The notes under the pieces were generated by a model. That model was not told the DNA's origin. It was given only the letters and a program-made list of their open reading frames with translations, and made no database searches. The translations under genes and the position numbers were made by a program. Positions 62,868 through 64,000 of a DNA stretch of 64,000 nt are shown here, piece after piece. The number at the start of each line of letters is the position of its first letter. The first letter of the stretch is position 1. Source of the stretch: Promethearchaeota archaeon (GTDB lineage Archaea; Asgardarchaeota; Heimdallarchaeia; Hodarchaeales; Hodarchaeaceae); assembly GCA_048938105.1 (NCBI GenBank), contig JBHLMN010000001.1, forward strand, positions 320,001-384,000, written 5' to 3'.

Positions 62868-63884
62868 TTAATGTGTATTAAAGTGTGATTTTGGATCCTC
62901 TATAAAAACTGGAACTGCAGCTGCTCCTCTTTTCACTTCAATGTCGTTCATTCCAAGAACTCTCACGATTTCCTTGAATCTATTTCGAATAGTCACTGGT
63001 GTTGTTTTTGCAGCTCTAGCAATTTGCTGTTGTGTTCGTCTTTCCCCTGTTTTAACTCCTGCTATATATAGACAAGCAGCAGCTATGGACATGGGGTTTT
63101 TTCCAACAGTTATTCCATAAATTTTCGTTTTCTTTGCAATATTGACAGCTATCATGCGAGTGGGCATTGAAAGAGACAGTTCCTCTCCCAAACGATGTAT
63201 TAGAGCTTCATGTCTTCCTGAATCGGGTTTCGTTTGAAGATGTTGAACTATTGTCCTGACACATCGTCCAAGCTCTTTAAAAGAAACATTTGTATTAATA
63301 GATACATCTTTTAGAGTAAGAGGGATCTTTGTTTTACGACAGGCTAAATATAGGCTTGCTGCAATCATCCCGTCAATTGATCTTCCTCGAATAAGATTCT
63401 TTTTTAAACACTGACGATAATAAGAGCTTGCCATTTGTGCTGTACGATCTGGTAATTCCATTTGACTTCTTAGTCGTTTAAGTTCACGTAAAGCAATTCG
63501 GAGATTTCGAATCTCACTTTCATGTGCATGATTATCGACATTAGTTAACCGATTAAAAGCTAATCGTTTTGAAGAAGAGAGTTTTCTTCCTTTACCATCC
63601 TTTCGTGACCTACTTATCTGGGTTTTGATACCGAAGTCTGGTTGGAGTAAGGATAAAGGAGAACCCCCTCGCGATCGATCCTGTTCCTCTTGATAATCGT
63701 ATGCACGCCATTCGGGTCCTTGATCAAACATTAACGAATCAACCACTACCCCACAACATGCGCAAATGAATTGTCCTGACCTAGGATCAGAAACCACATT
63801 ATCTAAAGTTCCACATTCAGGGCACTTTCTATGTCGGTTGGTATCATGCTTTTGAACCATGGTAATCGTGGTTTCCTCCAACAC
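62868..63884 (-). CDS. tfb: Transcription initiation factor IIB
   Basis: CPECG...CACCG zinc ribbon, DQGPEWRAY, LIRGRSI, GKNPMSIAAACLY, TPVTIRNRFKE. Confidence 0.96.
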   Translation of the reverse strand: MLEETTITMVQKHDTNRHRKCPECGTLDNVVSDPRSGQFICACCGVVVDSLMFDQGPEWRAYDYQEEQDRSRGGSPLSLLQPDFGIKTQISRSRKDGKGRKLSSSKRLAFNRLTNVDNHAHESEIRNLRIALRELKRLRSQMELPDRTAQMASSYYRQCLKKNLIRGRSIDGMIAASLYLACRKTKIPLTLKDVSINTNVSFKELGRCVRTIVQHLQTKPDSGRHEALIHRLGEELSLSMPTRMIAVNIAKKTKIYGITVGKNPMSIAAACLYIAGVKTGERRTQQQIARAAKTTPVTIRNRFKEIVRVLGMNDIEVKRGAAAVPVFIEDPKSHFNTH

Positions 63885-64000
63885 CAGCTTTTAATGACTT
63901 TCTAGATAAGTTCCCCGTAAATTTTATTTGCGAATTAATGACTGGAAATCAGGATAATAACATTTTTATTATGTCTAACGCTATAGAAATCTTTTTGTAG

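Noticed and set aside
1-64000. CRISPR arrays, tRNA and rRNA genes
   Set aside because: No spaced direct repeats or GC-rich structured RNA segments were noticed by eye; tRNAscan-SE and Infernal were not run.

Overview
AT-rich archaeal chromosome segment, very probably from an Asgard archaeon (Heimdallarchaeia, plausibly Hodarchaeales; inferred from TFB/TFE, the archaeosine pathway and several eukaryotic-signature-like proteins). Housekeeping content: PLP aminotransferase, arcS-raSEA and tgtA, an HTH-grpE-dnaK-dnaJ operon with a palindromic operator, two polyprenyl synthases, tfe, tfb, hutUHI, a class II ribonucleotide reductase with four inteins, and a GT2/nucleotidyltransferase cluster. Eukaryote-like candidates: roadblock/longin proteins, an MglA-like GTPase, a tail-anchored Q-SNARE-like protein, a CINP/C1orf109-like protein, a degenerate FtsZ-longin fusion and a TPR-Ig protein. 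A ~10 kb defence island (~37.5-47.3 kb) holds a solo tnpB, an MTase with two paralogous REase-like genes, a truncated viperin, and an Avs-like nuclease-STAND gene coupled to a HEPN gene. Best leads: the STAND+HEPN pair, a membrane receptor-like protein with a cytoplasmic HEPN domain, and an intein followed by Arg instead of Cys/Ser/Thr. All calls come from reading motifs by eye; no searches were run. No rRNA, tRNA or CRISPR array was recognised.
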